A stretch of 64,000 nt of DNA. It comes from Phoronis australis. Taxonomy: Eukaryota > Animalia > Phoronida. Where the stretch lies: assembly GCA_002633005.1 (NCBI GenBank), contig NMRA01000190.1, positions 483,926 through 547,925 of the forward strand. Reading direction: 5' to 3'. Below, one piece after another: positions 1 to 13,409 of the stretch. The stretch's first letter is position 1, and each line of letters begins with the position of its first letter. The notes beneath the pieces were generated by a model. The model was given only the letters and a program-made list of their open reading frames with translations, made no database searches and was not told the DNA's origin. The position numbers were made by a program, and so were the translations under genes.

Positions 1-90
1 AATACACATACGCACACACGCACACACACACGCACACACACACGCGCACACGCACACACACACGCACATACACACACACACATACATGCA
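1..90. repeat. (CA)n-type microsatellite
   Basis: Run of CACA/CACG/CATA units read directly. Confidence 0.95.
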
Positions 91-348
91 AAAATATCTT
101 AGAAAGCAAAAGCTATATCTGAGACTCAACTTCCTAAATCAACCTAGACTAGCCTCGAATCAGAATTGACATAAAACAGCAGCACTTGGCCACTGACCAT
201 GCTATTAGGCCTAGTCTTCCCAAAGTAAAAGACACTTTAGTCCACATTAATAGGACATTTCTTTTAATGCAGTATCTAAACATGAAGATCAAGAAAAAGG
301 CTCATTAACTCTGTGAACCTGGTCTCAAAATTTGATTGCCACACTTAC

Positions 349-468
349 ACCAGAGACAGTTGTCACAGTGCAACTAACACAAAACAACTGATCAGACACA
401 AGTGTGTGTGTAAACAGGACTGACACATAGTGAGTTGACATCGCGGCGGCGGCCATTTTTGACACCAT
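349..468 (-). other. Possible first exon of an unidentified - strand gene leaving the window
   Basis: CpG patch with YY1-like AAAATGGCCGCC. Open frame MVSKMAAAAMSTHYVSVLFTHTLVSDQLFCVSCTVTTVSG ends at a GTAAGT donor. No homology recognised. Confidence 0.25.
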
Positions 469-2383
469 TTGAGGGGTAGAGCAAGTTATACTCGATCGGT
501 TGCTCCAGTTTCAACAATACGTTTAAACAAAAACGGGATCATCTCTGTTACACATGCATAATAGCGTACAGTACATACGAATGATTCGTGAACATTCCAC
601 ACGGTTTCTATATTCTCTATTGTTTATTCATGCATAATGGACAGTCTTCCTGTGATACAGTAAGCGATTTAAAGTTGTGTAAATGTGACAAACATGGAGC
701 AAGTAGGACTGTGACAAGTTGTACCATGGCAACAGCTCCCCATATTAAAACAGCTAAAGGGAACTGAGACGTCACTTGTGAATGACGCAGAATGGGCAAA
801 TTATGGAAGGGCGAGACAACCCTGTCAAAACTGATGTTTTTGACACTCTTCATTTTCAAGCACTTATTGTAACAATTACAATACGAACGTACATTAACAT
901 ACATAAACATGTACCAGCGTTACAATTGAACAAAGTTGTGCGGTAATTTCCTAATGTACCATTGATTTTATTGTTCATGATGCCTTGGTCACATATACTA
1001 AGTTGACATAACTGTGAAAAATGCTAAGAGCTTCACTGGCTAAAATTCTAACGAAAACGCTAGAGTTTTAGCCACACATCAGAGGCAAAGGGGTAATTTA
1101 TACCAGCATTCAGTTTGTTTCGTCACCACCAATTCTATTCTATGCAAAAAGTTATACCAAAACACCTGCCATAAATTGGTTAATATGACAATAAACAAAG
1201 GCACATGTGTCTACTTTGTAGTAAGCAGTCTAGCAAAAACACAAGCAGTTTTAGGTAACTCAAACCGCCAGCAAATGTGATACTTGTAGCTGTTCACATT
1301 ACTGGCATTTTTGCTACTAGCGAAAACGGTAGTGTTTCCCCGTTAGTTTTTGAAGAGATTACAAGCTTCTGAAACCAAGGAAAAGGGTCATATGCGCACA
1401 CAATCAGACGATTAGCGGGACAATATTGGGAGCGCCAGCCAGTAAACAGTATAAAAACTCATCAGACACAAGCACTAAAGATCCCATGTAAAATCACTCA
1501 ATCTTTCTGGTCATCGGGATAAAACCCAATTGGTGGGATCAGCACAATATCGAAGGATATGTGACCCTGGAATTACTTGGCGATGCCCCTAGATGACCAT
1601 CTCGGGGATGGGAATAATTTTTGGACATGGAAAAGTTTGAGACATATTTTCAGTGTTTGAGTGACCTCATTGATAATTTGCACTCCTAGGTAGTGGGAAA
1701 ATGAAATGTCCCATTACAAAAGTTTTCAAAAATATTATTACGAAATTAGTAAGAAATATTCACTTGTGAAAATTCGGCCTATTTTAGTGAGATAAAACAC
1801 ATCTAATTTTTTCAAACCAACTACCACTGAGTGAAATACACCTCTTCACCTCTGTTCTCTTTTCCAGCTGGAACAATGCTTGTGTATGTCTGGATGCAAG
1901 CTTGTTAGCTCCAAGCCATTATTAGGCTTAATTCCCACAAGGCAGGTACTGTTACTAAAGTCTTAGAGGAATGGTTAGTTTTTGTTTCCTTTACAATAGT
2001 TCTATCCCAGGAGATCTCCCTTCCAAGAAACCTGGCTATCTATTACCGGGATCATGCATGGATAGGTAAAAATATATAAAAACAAAACATTATAAATGCA
2101 TTAACATCAACCCTAGACCAGAGTCACTGCAGTTCAAAATGAAGCAATACATTACATCGATTATGTTGTAAATAATCACTATCTGCTCATCAACCAAACT
2201 AATTTTGTGCCTGTCCTATAATAGATAGTGACCTACATAGACATTCAATACAATTTTGGTCGTGTTTTTTTTCACCCAATACCAATACTGAATTCATTTT
2301 AGATATATTCTCAGCCATATGCAAATTGATACTGTCTGAGTAGTTCACCAGTGACTGATAAGGACCGCTGCTTTTGTCACATA

Positions 2384-3039
2384 CAGGGCCCTCATTCATC
2401 CAAGGGGAAAGGTGCCTGTGCTTTCTGAGGCAGGGATTTTCTCGGGTGAGGGGGAAATTCTACCTCCCGATCACAAGCAATAGCAGGCTCGCTCTGTTGC
2501 AAGCCCTCATAGGCTCTGTGTCAAGTAGCCGAAACTAACATTTTGTGCTCTTTCAAATTGTGGGTTACAAGTGATTCGAATCTCGAGGGGAAATTTTCAA
2601 TCATTTGAGGGGAATTTTTTGGCCTCGTGAGGAAAATTACGTACGAATTTTTCAATATTTTTCAGAGAGGAATAGAGGCGATATTCAGCCCCAAAATCGA
2701 GGGATGATGGCGCCAATTTAGTATAGCATAATTTCACCAACTTAGCACACTGCATATAGGAGGAGAGAAGTTATATTTTCTCATTTTTCTCAAGACATGA
2801 AATACCAAATTAGTGCTTGCCATATTCAAGTTCTGTACAATACCCACTAGCAAGCCCATATTTTTAAAACAGTGCAGGCACTCAGGCCTAGGGGCCTCAA
2901 TTTCGGGGCCAAATATAAAATCGCACAAAGTTCCCTCAAGGTTAGAATTACTTCCGGAAAACACTAGTTTTAAATGAGGAGGGGAGGGCGCCAGTTCCCT
3001 CAACCTAACAAATTCAGTCTCAGATGAGTGAGGGCCCTG
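2384..3039. mobile_element. Non-autonomous DNA transposon (MITE, hAT-like CAGGG termini)
   Basis: 17-bp terminal inverted repeat with 1 mismatch (CAGGGCCCTCATTCATC ... GATGAGTGAGGGCCCTG). No clean 8-bp target-site duplication. Confidence 0.65.
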
Positions 3040-6000
3040 ACATTCACAACAGCAAAAGCTTCAGTGACTGTGATATTTGGTTTCTGATCAGGCATTGCAC
3101 CCAAACTTTTTCATCTCTTGTGCAGAATACACTTTTCCATATTTACATGCAAACACCTAGGATGGGTGTCAAATTTGACTAGTACCAACCCATTTATGTA
3201 ATCAAGAAGGAATCAAACGGGCTCTACAGTTGTATTAAAACTGTGAGACTCACACTTGTACACAATGTTATATGTTCCACTCTAGAGACAATTAATATTG
3301 GTAATAAAGTAAGTACTTCATAACAGTCAATACAATGCAACACAGCAGCAATTATAGTGAACCAGGGTTTTATGCCCACTCATTATAATGCTCCCAAGCC
3401 AACTGCACTGTTTACAAATAACCCTTTTCTGATGTTGCCGCTACGTCCTGGAATTTGCTATGTGGTTAGACAGAGATGGAATATTTAATGCACAAATGCG
3501 CAACACAGATTCAACAATTTACATATACCAACTTGAATTTGTCTAGAGATTTTAAAAATTTTTGCATCAGATCAACCAACACCTGATATGACAGGCAATA
3601 AAACAGGTCTGAATGGGAACCAAAAATCATCTTAGTCAAAATAATCTTGCCAAGGCACCACATTGGAATAAATTTGTCAAGTCAAGTCATGATTATACAA
3701 TGGTTGCTTTACGTTGCCTTCCTTGTAGTAACTTAAACTAACCTACATTTTCTACCAACAAACAGACCTTATACGAACACCCCGTGCCGTTCTTTGTAAC
3801 GCGATTCAACTAGTTTCAGTTACAGTGACTTCATAACTCCATTCATGTCAACGAGATAAAAACCAAAACCTAAGATTATCCGGAAAAAGTACACCTACAA
3901 AAAGTAATGACGGCGGTAAACTAGTGCCATAATAGTCGCTCATATTTACTAAACTTGGAGCCGAGACCCAATTCCCTCAACAGGGTATGATGACCACAGA
4001 CACAACAAAGACATATGACGTGAGTATTACTCATTAACAGTGACGTTGATACAACCATGCACACATGCATGTGTGTGAGTGTGTGCAAGGAACGCATGTT
4101 GAACGTTTCATTGATTTTTCAGGTAATTTGACTAGCCATAATCACTATTCTAGATGAAAAACATCTAGGCCCAGCAAATAGGCGGAGAGTAATCATCCAA
4201 CTATAATTTAGTAAACAAGGCGCATCTCCCAACTCATTTGGCCTGAAGAAAACCACGACATGATCCCCATAGAAAACCTGACCATATTTCCCAAAATATG
4301 CTAAAAACAGAAGCCCATACTATCAGGCCCAAGTTGAACTAGAACCAAAGAAATGTGTTCTGCAAAGCAAGAAACACAAGATCAAGTAAGGCAATGCAAA
4401 ATCACACAAGGGAATGATGAGTGTTTTGGGGGTAAGCCTAGCCACTAATATACACCAGCGAAGTGGACGCCATTCAAATGACTGGCCGCTGAGACTGGAA
4501 TATTGCATTGTACAAGTAAACTGTACGTAAAAAGACTATTTCTGTTCCATAAACCAAGATTTCTCGTCGCCAGTGTCTTGGTATTGCCTTGTGTTTAAAG
4601 AACGCACCCCCCCCCAGTATTTTTTTTTGAGAAATGAGCAACTTAAGTGGACTTTAAAGGATAACAAGATCAAGGCCCACTCGTTAACAATTATGGCCAC
4701 TGAGGCTTCAAAATGTCTAGAAACAAACTTAAAGGCAAAAACTTGCGATAAAAATTCCAGTGAAACAGCACATTATATAAAACAAAGACAACTTTCAGTT
4801 TTCACACCACCATTATAGAGAGTGAAGGGGGGTTTGCATCATTTTCACTACCCAGTCTTGTTGGTCAGTAATGTATTTTTGTGAACCATAAGCTCAACCA
4901 GTCATGCTCAGGTTATGAGTTCTAATAGTAACATCACTGTTTGATGTGTCTTAACCAACTGTCTTGGGTTGACTTCCAGGTTAAAGAGAACAAGTTTCCA
5001 TGCAAACACCCTACACTAAAACATATGCATTACCATACAGATCCCAGATACAGGTAATTCGCACATAAGAGATGACCAAAAATGTCACTTATCTTAATTA
5101 CTACTGCCTTACATAAGGTATTCCAATTTTGACTTAAAAACGCTGCAATGTTTCACCTATTAGCCTACAATGCGGCAGAAAAGTGATTTTTTTGTCAATT
5201 TATTCACAAAACCAAATAAGGAAACTGTGGTCTTTGTTAGCTTAGTTAGTACTAAGTAGGTATCATGAAACAGTATTGGTAAAGCTCTCGTTATTCCCCT
5301 ACAATTGTGGCAATTATTTTCAAGCTGAAACTAGAGAAGAATTTCAACATTGTGAACTGTTCCTGTACGTACAAACTAGGCCAGGAATGAAGTAGAATTT
5401 TGTTAATGCTTATATTATTGTACATGCGCATTAAGACCGACAAATAATGCAAATATTATGCTTGAACGCACATTTGTCAGAAGAAATAACCTACGATCTG
5501 AAACACTACGATTGTAATTAAACTGCTCAACTTTGGAACAGGATAAGAGCGAAAAAATGATGACTTATCCAAATGAAGGGTGATGTGTTAGAATGGACAT
5601 GCACTCAGCGCCGGAGGGGGGGTCTAATCTTAGTACTCAAAATAGAACACAAATTATTTTGGCATTTTCTATTCTACTCAAGAGTCGAGTCAAGAGTCTA
5701 TTATTTTATGCTCCAGTACATAGTGACTTGAGTGGAATGCTGTCTAATCCTGGTTTGCACTTGATGACCCAGTATTAAGGCTAAAACTTCGAGTCTGAAA
5801 TGTTGAGTTTTTGCTAGAGTTTGTAGATTGAATCAAGGGGCCGTCAAGTGCAAACTTTGACTAGGAACTAATACTCATACACCATAATGTACTCGAGCAC
5901 AGACTAACAGACACATATCTAGAGTTCTCACAAAAGTAGAAAAGGAAATGCCAAAAATAAAAGTGGGTACAAAGATTAGACCCCAGGCCCAAAACTGAAG

Positions 6001-6404
6001 AAAATTTGAGGATGAGTTATGCATGACAAGTTATTATGAGGCAGTGTGGATTGCATTCTAATCTCTAGATCAACTTCTGGGTTAGGAATACCTAACTCCT
6101 CAAGCAAATGAACCCACATCACCAGTATGCCATTGTCAATAAAATTGTCACAATCCATCATGGTCCATCTTAATTAAATAACTTCAATATGAACACCTTC
6201 CAATTACATTTATGTTGAGAGCGAACAGCATTAAACAAAAGACAGAAAAATGCTACATTCATTCTCAAAACAAATATGCGCTGAGTGCAAGTGCACTGAA
6301 CAATAATGAAGGTAGCGACAGACAGTTCTTTCTTAACATTTTGCGAGACAATGTGGTCACAAGGAAAAATATACGAAGTTAATAACATTATGTAAACAGG
6401 GAGA

Positions 6405-6585
6405 CTGGGGCTAGAAGGAGGTAGAGGGGGGAGGAGAGGGAGGCAGGGAGGAGGGCAGGGAGAGAGTAGGCACAGACAGCGATCAGGAGGCTGGGGAGGC
6501 AGGGTGGGAAGAGGGAGGGTAGGAGGATGGGGCTAGAAAGAGGGAGGCAGGAACTTACAGAGGGGAAGTAAGGTGTGGAGGGATG
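6405..6585. repeat. Purine-rich (GGA/GAG) low-complexity tract
   Basis: Composition seen directly; lies downstream of the Kv1 stop codon. Confidence 0.85.
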
Positions 6586-9276
6586 GATTACAGGAAGCAA
6601 AACGTCCTTCCTACTAAGATACCAAGTTCTCACGAGTGGCAAAAATGCCAGAATATCATTGGCAAGAACACAATTGGTGTTTTCATTTTTAGCACAAAAC
6701 TAATCCTACACCGATTGTTACGAACAAAAAGAAAACTGTGTGGTACAAACGATGCTGAGCTTCATTGAAGAATTTCATGTCTTGTGATAACATGAAATTC
6801 TGCTAACCCATCACATGGTATACTGTATACGAAAAGAATTACTGAAGACCAGAATGGGGATGGACAGTTCTTTTGCATTTAATCAATGGAAAAACCCTCA
6901 AAAACAAAGTCAATGCATGTCTAAAAAACTAAGAAGAATACCTACCTCATTATTATGTAGGCGCAGTAACATGGTATCAGCCAACTCTGGTGGATTACAA
7001 TTCCAGGGTTCCAAGAGGAAGTACGTCTTGACAGCAACAGTGATCTATTGTGAGTTCGTTCATATTTCCATTATCCCATATTGCGCAGGTGATGCGGCAC
7101 TGTCAACAAGCAACTGACAACGAGAGTTCTTAACCAAATGAGAGCAACCTTTTGACGTCCAGTACTCCAGTACAAGCGCCACAAGACAGTTTCTGAATTC
7201 ATCAGACAGTCCACTATAATTGCCAGAGGATACAAATATGAAGGCAGGAGCCAACAGTGCAAACTTTCAGCTATGTTCCTAAGCTACATATTTTGCTTGT
7301 GTGACCACCTAAGTGCTGCAGCCATGACCCGAGGTTCACTGCTCGTGAGCATCAAATGATTCACCCATTACCAGTGTTCTCCACACCAGAAAACTCAAAC
7401 TCGATGGGAATTACAAAATACGTGAGCACTTTCAAAAGCATGTGTCCGTATGAGAGCTTGTACGATAAAATCTCACCAATTTAGGACACAATATGGCAGA
7501 CAAGTGAATTTCCTTTTTTTCATACAAAAGTAGCACCACATATGCTTTGTCATCTTTCAAGTACTCAACCACAGCTACCAAAAGACACTGTTTTGAGCAA
7601 TTGTAGCCACTCACAACCCTGTTAAGAAGCCTTCGGGAAATGGAGATCAAATTTGACAATCAATTTTCCCAGAAATTAGTCAGATTTTACCGTACATTAA
7701 GTCTTGGAACAAATGCATCGGACTGGTGCCAAAAGGTCCAAAATATCCTAACTTCCTTAAGAAATAATTTGTCTGAGTTCATAAAGTTCAAATTTGTTGC
7801 ATAGATTTTCAATGCAGGTGAGCCAAACTCGTCAAAGTGGAATTCAAACTCACTATGGTGGCGACTGGTGAGTCAAAATAGGTTGTGGAGAACACTGAAT
7901 TGAGTTACATGGTATAGAATATATGTCACCATACCGGAGATGGAATACACCATTCACGAATTGAAACCTTAGGACTTGCGCTACTGAAAGAGATTTACCT
8001 TACAATATATCAGATACCCTCATGGAAACTTAACAATCAAATTTAGTGGTAACCTTTAAGGTTTCACATCAAGAAAACTCAGCAGATTCCATAAGAAGAA
8101 AAGGTCAGTTTTACATCACCACGGAAATGACCTTCACTAATTAGTGACAGATTGAACATGCTGTCTTACTGCAGTGTTGAAATTAAGATTAGCCTTGCCA
8201 AACTAATGAGCTCATTGGAGCCATTGCCCACACCATTAAACTTGTTATGTGAGTCAACATAATAATTAAAGCAATATTAAACGTGCATTTTTTGTCAAAA
8301 AAGTTTTGATTAAGGTCTCAAATTGAGCAATCGAAACTTACTTTTTTGGCAGAACAGACAAGTTTAAGGTCACTTTAAGATGAAAATCATTACCGTTAAT
8401 ATTTGCTGCACAGATTAACTGGGAATCTTTAAGTTTTCCATGGAACCAGTGAGCATTATAAGAAGTGAATGTGGTGATGCAGAGACTGACCCACTGGGAT
8501 TGCAGGCAGAGTGGAAAATACCTCATTAGCCAAACTGAAACAGCTGATCCCTGCAGTATCTGACTCAATCAATGATTGCAGCTTGTTTCAGAACTGTAAT
8601 AACTATGATGTATGCATGGGGTATTCTCCCAGTATTGATCATGACTTAACATAGTCAATATTTACTATTCAGTTCAAATTAAGTTCTCTCAGAAAATGCG
8701 CATTACGACCACTTCTGCTCAGTCAAATTCCGCTTGTGACTTCTTTCACACAACACGTGGTGGACCAAGAATCAGGCAACCTCGCAGAGGGTCAGAGCTA
8801 ACGGCAGTTTGTTGCAACAATTAGGAGATTCGTCAGCTGTGACAACATCTCTTTTTGAACAAAAACAGAAATTTAAACCATGCCAGTTATGTCAAGGCTA
8901 GGGTCAAGGCCAAGGTCAATGCCACACAACATTTATATCAACAAATGCCTCCTCATACAGGAACATATATAGCACAAGGACTAGATACATACAAGCACAG
9001 ATTAGAGTTCTTTCAAGTACTTAAAAACATTGACGTACTAAAACAAGATGTGAAGTGCGTAAGCACAATCCAGGTCTCAAATATTGAAACCCTTGTGGTC
9101 TTTAAAATTATTAAAAATATCCAGATCACACGGAACAGAGGAGACATTATGAAACAATCTTAGATAGCCTTGATGATTGCTGTACCTTACAATGCTAATC
9201 AATACTTTATGAGCCTAATTAACAAAACTAACATAAATGGAAGTCAAGATGATTATTCCATGGACAGTAGTCAATC

Positions 9277-10806
9277 TCATACATCTGTTTCCAGGCTGTT
9301 GTTTGATGGATTGTTCGCTTTAAACGAGTGATTAGCTTTGATTCGGTTCTCATCCCCCATCAAGTTTATTCGTTCCTCCATCACCATAATATCCGAACCG
9401 GCTTCGCTAGGTTCCGCTGACCCGTTTTTGCTGCGCGTAAAGTTTGGGCATGTCTGCACATGCACATATGAATTCTTGTCTTCGTTGTCAGTTTCTCGAT
9501 GGTAAAAGTAATTGAAATTCGACACGATAACGGGCACAGGAAGAGCAATTGTTAACACACCCGCTATTGCACACAGGCTACCCACCAATTTACCCCATAC
9601 GGACACGGGTCTCATGTCTCCATAGCCCACCGTTGTCATGGTGACGACAGCCCACCAAAATGCGTCTGGGATACTCTTGAAACACGAATCCGCCGAATCG
9701 ACTTCAGCAAAGTACACAGCACTTGAGAAGAGTATGACACCAATGAGAAGAAAAAACATGAGTAAGCCGAGTTCTCGCATACTGGCTTTGAGCGTCTGTC
9801 CCAGAATTTGGAGCCCTTTAGAATGTCTTGATAACTTGAAGATACGGAATACCCTAACAAGACGTATTACTCTGAGAATAGCCAGTGACATGGCCTGATT
9901 ATTACTTTTTTGTTCATCATGGACAACTGTGCCGAGTGTGATGAAATACGGAATGATGGCAACAATATCTATCAGGTTCATCATGTTCTTGAAAAATCCC
10001 AATTTCTCAGGAGAGGAAGCAAAACGCACTAGAAGCTCAAATGTGAACCACACAATACATCCAGTTTCTATTATGAAGAATGGTTCACTAAATTTTGGTA
10101 TATCGTCCTCTCTAATTGACTCACCAGTTACATTGCTTGTATTAGCGTCCACACGGTAGTGCTTGAACTGTGGTAGGGTCTCTAAACAGAATATCACTAT
10201 TGACAGTAAGATTATGCACACTGAGAATATAGCTACTACTCGTGCCGGCATAGAACTTTCAGGATACTCAAACAAGAGCCACACTCGCCTCTGAAATTCA
10301 TTGATTGGCAATATTTTTTCTTCTTCTCGTATAAAACCTTCGTCTTCCCTGAACTTTTCCACTGCATCTTCACCAAGTTCATAAAACTTGATCTCTTCCG
10401 AGAACACATCCAGGGGAACATTAACTGGCCTTCGTAATCGACCACCACTTTGATAATAGTACAGTATTGCATCAAAACTTGGTCTATTTCTGTCAAAAAA
10501 GTATTCGTTCCGAAGAGGATCATAGTAGCGATTTCTTTTAATGGGATCACCCAGCAGCGTTTCAGGGAACTGATTTAGTGTTTTCAACTGAGTTTCATAC
10601 CTCATTCCGCTGACATTTATGACAACTCTTTCGCAGCATTCATACTCATTCGTCCCTTCTTCGACGGGTTCCCTTGGTCGGTCATCCTCCACAGTGATCC
10701 TCGGGAAAGACCTGGAATTTGGTAAATTACTACTTCTGAGTAATCTTTGAGACACATAGGGTGGTGGTCCACCATTACCCTCCAGACCTGCCATAGCTGC
10801 CTCCAT
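9277..10806 (-). CDS. Sh: Voltage-gated potassium channel, Shaker/Kv1 (KCNA) family; intronless core ORF, 509 aa from MEAAMAG
   Basis: T1 domain (ERVVINVSG...[11 protein letters not shown]), S4 [13 protein letters not shown], pore TVGYGD, S6 PVP and C-terminal PDZ ligand ETDV. The first in-frame ATG is at 10806; the ORF-track start at 10950 is TTG. The N-terminus resembles Aplysia AKv1.1 (MEVAMAG...). Confidence 0.98.
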   Translation of the reverse strand: MEAAMAGLEGNGGPPPYVSQRLLRSSNLPNSRSFPRITVEDDRPREPVEEGTNEYECCERVVINVSGMRYETQLKTLNQFPETLLGDPIKRNRYYDPLRNEYFFDRNRPSFDAILYYYQSGGRLRRPVNVPLDVFSEEIKFYELGEDAVEKFREDEGFIREEEKILPINEFQRRVWLLFEYPESSMPARVVAIFSVCIILLSIVIFCLETLPQFKHYRVDANTSNVTGESIREDDIPKFSEPFFIIETGCIVWFTFELLVRFASSPEKLGFFKNMMNLIDIVAIIPYFITLGTVVHDEQKSNNQAMSLAILRVIRLVRVFRIFKLSRHSKGLQILGQTLKASMRELGLLMFFLLIGVILFSSAVYFAEVDSADSCFKSIPDAFWWAVVTMTTVGYGDMRPVSVWGKLVGSLCAIAGVLTIALPVPVIVSNFNYFYHRETDNEDKNSYVHVQTCPNFTRSKNGSAEPSEAGSDIMVMEERINLMGDENRIKANHSFKANNPSNNSLETDV

Positions 10807-11340
10807 GTCTGTGGGTTTCGAGTGCGGTCGAAGAACGGGGGTAAACCCCCACTTCTCAATAAAATCTAATTTGCTTGTAATTTTGATAAAATTTTGCGGA
10901 GAAATTGTGGTCGAAATATGTTTGCAATTTTCCAGAACAGTCGATAACAAGCTTGGTTAGCGTTACGACCACAGGAAATCATGAGAAAAATGCTTTTAAG
11001 CTATCCCCCTTTCGTCACATTCTAAGCCATAATGTTTCTGCAGAAAATCGATTGATATTCCTAGTAGAACCTCCATATTCGTTCTGCTAGCTACCATTGA
11101 GAAGTGAGCGTACGAATATTTTGAGAATAGTTCTTATAAGACAACGTTAATGATTGGTTGCTTATGGAAATGGACTCAAATGAATTTGTCATGTCTATTT
11201 CCAAAATTACAGAAATTTTCTGAAAAAGAGTTTAAAGGTGATTTTAAAAATTCTTAATTATTATCTTTTAAGTACGATTTTATCAATTAATCAATGTTTT
11301 CACATTGAATGGTTCAGTGCAACATACAACTAATTAAGAT

Positions 11341-11350
11341 ATTGGCCAAT
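11341..11350. promoter_or_regulatory. Palindromic double CCAAT box (ATTGGCCAAT) between the divergent Kv1 and SNRNP70 start codons
   Basis: Motif seen directly, with a second ATTGG near 11153. Function is inferred. Confidence 0.4.
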
Positions 11351-11869
11351 CACAAGCGAGCTCAGATGTAATGGTTGAGCACCTGCACATAAAATAGATC
11401 GGCTGCGAGTCGGTTGCCGAACGTTGTTCACTGCAGCCAGGAAATTATGAATTGTTCGTGTAATAAACAATAAATTCCTAAAATTATGAAATTAATTCAG
11501 TTTCTGGTTATCAATAAAATAAATGCTATACAATTATGTGCCTGGGTGGTGTCCAGTCAACGACTAATTCATTTTCTTTTTAACCTTTCCAAGAGCGTAG
11601 GAACACATTTACCTTGTTCAAGAATGTAACTCAATGCTTTCACACACTTGCTCTGCAGTAAACGGGAAGGCAGGATTGGCAATCAAAGGGACGTGGTAAA
11701 CCATTGATGTTGGAGGAGCACGTTGCAGGTTGGTGATATGAGTAATTCGTTTTCAAACGTAGTATCGTAGTTTCAGTAACTGTTGTCTGTTTTTAATGAG
11801 TGACGCATTTTGTATTTCAGGTCTAAGAACAGCATCCAAGAGATAAACGGAAAGCCTACACAGGGTGAA

Positions 11870-12010
11870 ATGACCGCGTTTCTACCCCCGAATTTGTTGG
11901 CTTTATTCGCCCCGAGGGACCCAATCCCTTATTTGCCTCCACCAAAATTACCCCACGAGAAAAAGAGGGTACCGTACAATGGTGTAGCAGCATTTCTAAA
12001 AGAATTCGAG
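11870..12010 (+). CDS. SNRNP70: U1 snRNP 70K, coding exon 1 ([18 protein letters not shown]...KEFE)
   Basis: Near identity to the conserved U1-70K N-terminus. Acceptor TTTCAG ends at 11820, ATG at 11870, donor GTAAGC at 12011. Confidence 0.97.
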
Positions 12011-12078
12011 GTAAGCGTTAAAACGACCTATAACACCAAAGAAGATAAACAAAGAACTACCTAAAGTTGATCACTTAC

Positions 12079-12113
12079 AATCCATCTAAAATTGTCGAAA
12101 CAATTGTTGCCAT
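12079..12113 (-). CDS. Sh: Candidate alternative Kv1 first coding exon (MATIVSTILDG-L)
   Basis: AGAATGG start, GTAAGT donor, phase 2 matching the acceptor at 10711, hydrophobic peptide. Confidence 0.5.
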
Positions 12114-12540
12114 TCTTACTTCCCTCTTCAGCCACTAGAATAACCTTTCAACTGTTTCCTCATGAATGGTGTGTTAGCACTCCCTTTTAAGTTATAATCC
12201 ATCCATTTCTGAACAGTGTTTCCATGCATCGAAATCCACAATGCTTTCCTGATAATCCATCTATGAAGAATCAGCCTGGCCAGGTAAAGTGTTAGAGATA
12301 TGACTAGTAGATGTGGGACTGTCAACGCCTGACTCTTGAATTAGTAAAGCCACTATGAATTATTAATGATTTCCCTTCGCAATTGCTAGCACAACGCAGC
12401 ATTGTCCATGAAGAATTGATTAAAGCGCACAATAGAAATATTTTCTCGGCAATTGTTTCTAACCTGTCTTGAAATCAATAACCACTCTATCCAAACAGCA
12501 AACTAGCAAAGTAAAACTTAGAGCGTCTTTCACTGGAAGC

Positions 12541-12618
12541 CGGTGCTTGTGATACCAGTCCGGGTCACAGCTACCATCCAGTGCTTGTGATACTAGTCCG
12601 GGTCACAGCTAGCATCAG
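12541..12618. repeat. Two-copy ~38-bp tandem repeat
   Basis: GTGCTTGTGATAC(C/T)AGTCCGGGTCACAGCTA occurs twice. Confidence 0.85.
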
Positions 12619-13409
12619 AGAACCGTTGTTAATTGCTTACGGCACATTCAGCAACCATCTCCGTGTGTAATGAGATCGTGAAAGTAATCCTTAATCGCTG
12701 AGCATTTGTGGGTTTAAAGTAAATCGTTTGCAGCACACACCTATTGATTGGATCGTTTTATGTCCTAAACAATGAACACACGCAGAACTGTTTACTAAGC
12801 CAGATGTACATTGTATAGGATGCACATTGGTTTGTTTAACAGTTCAAATTTTGTTATGAAACATTTAGTTACAGGTACTATTTACTTTATGACATGGGTA
12901 AGCTTTGTTGCCTGTTAACGGCTAAATTAACTCTTACAGAGTTCAAAATAACAAAGTTTACAATGCAGTATTTTCTCCTCACATATACTTTTATTCTGCA
13001 GCTCCTTAAATGGAGAAAAGCAGTCGAGAACAAATGTTGACTTTATGTAGTTTTACCAATGTTTAGTAAATCTTGTATTTTATGTCCACCACAATATAGA
13101 ACGTGAACTTTAATCACACAATTGTGTTTTTGCTTCTAACTTATGAAACTTGAAGCTTAAAGAAGATGCTGAAAGTGGTTTAATTGTTTAAAACATGCTT
13201 AAGGTTATGTATGGCCCTAGTAAATTGTCCAACATTGGCAAATTGTGCAACATCATATCTCAGAAATGGCTGATCAGATTCATATGAACATTTCCAATGC
13301 TATTCTTTGTGCACAGTTTGCCAAAACACTGTTCGGGGTTGCCTTTAAAATGTTCGTATGTTGTAAGAAGGTCTTAAAATTTCCAGAAAAAATGTTAAAA
13401 GTTGCATAA

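Noticed and set aside
10807-10950. 48-aa N-terminal extension of Kv1 in the ORF track
   Set aside because: Starts at TTG; resemblance to known Kv1 begins at MEAAMAG (10806).
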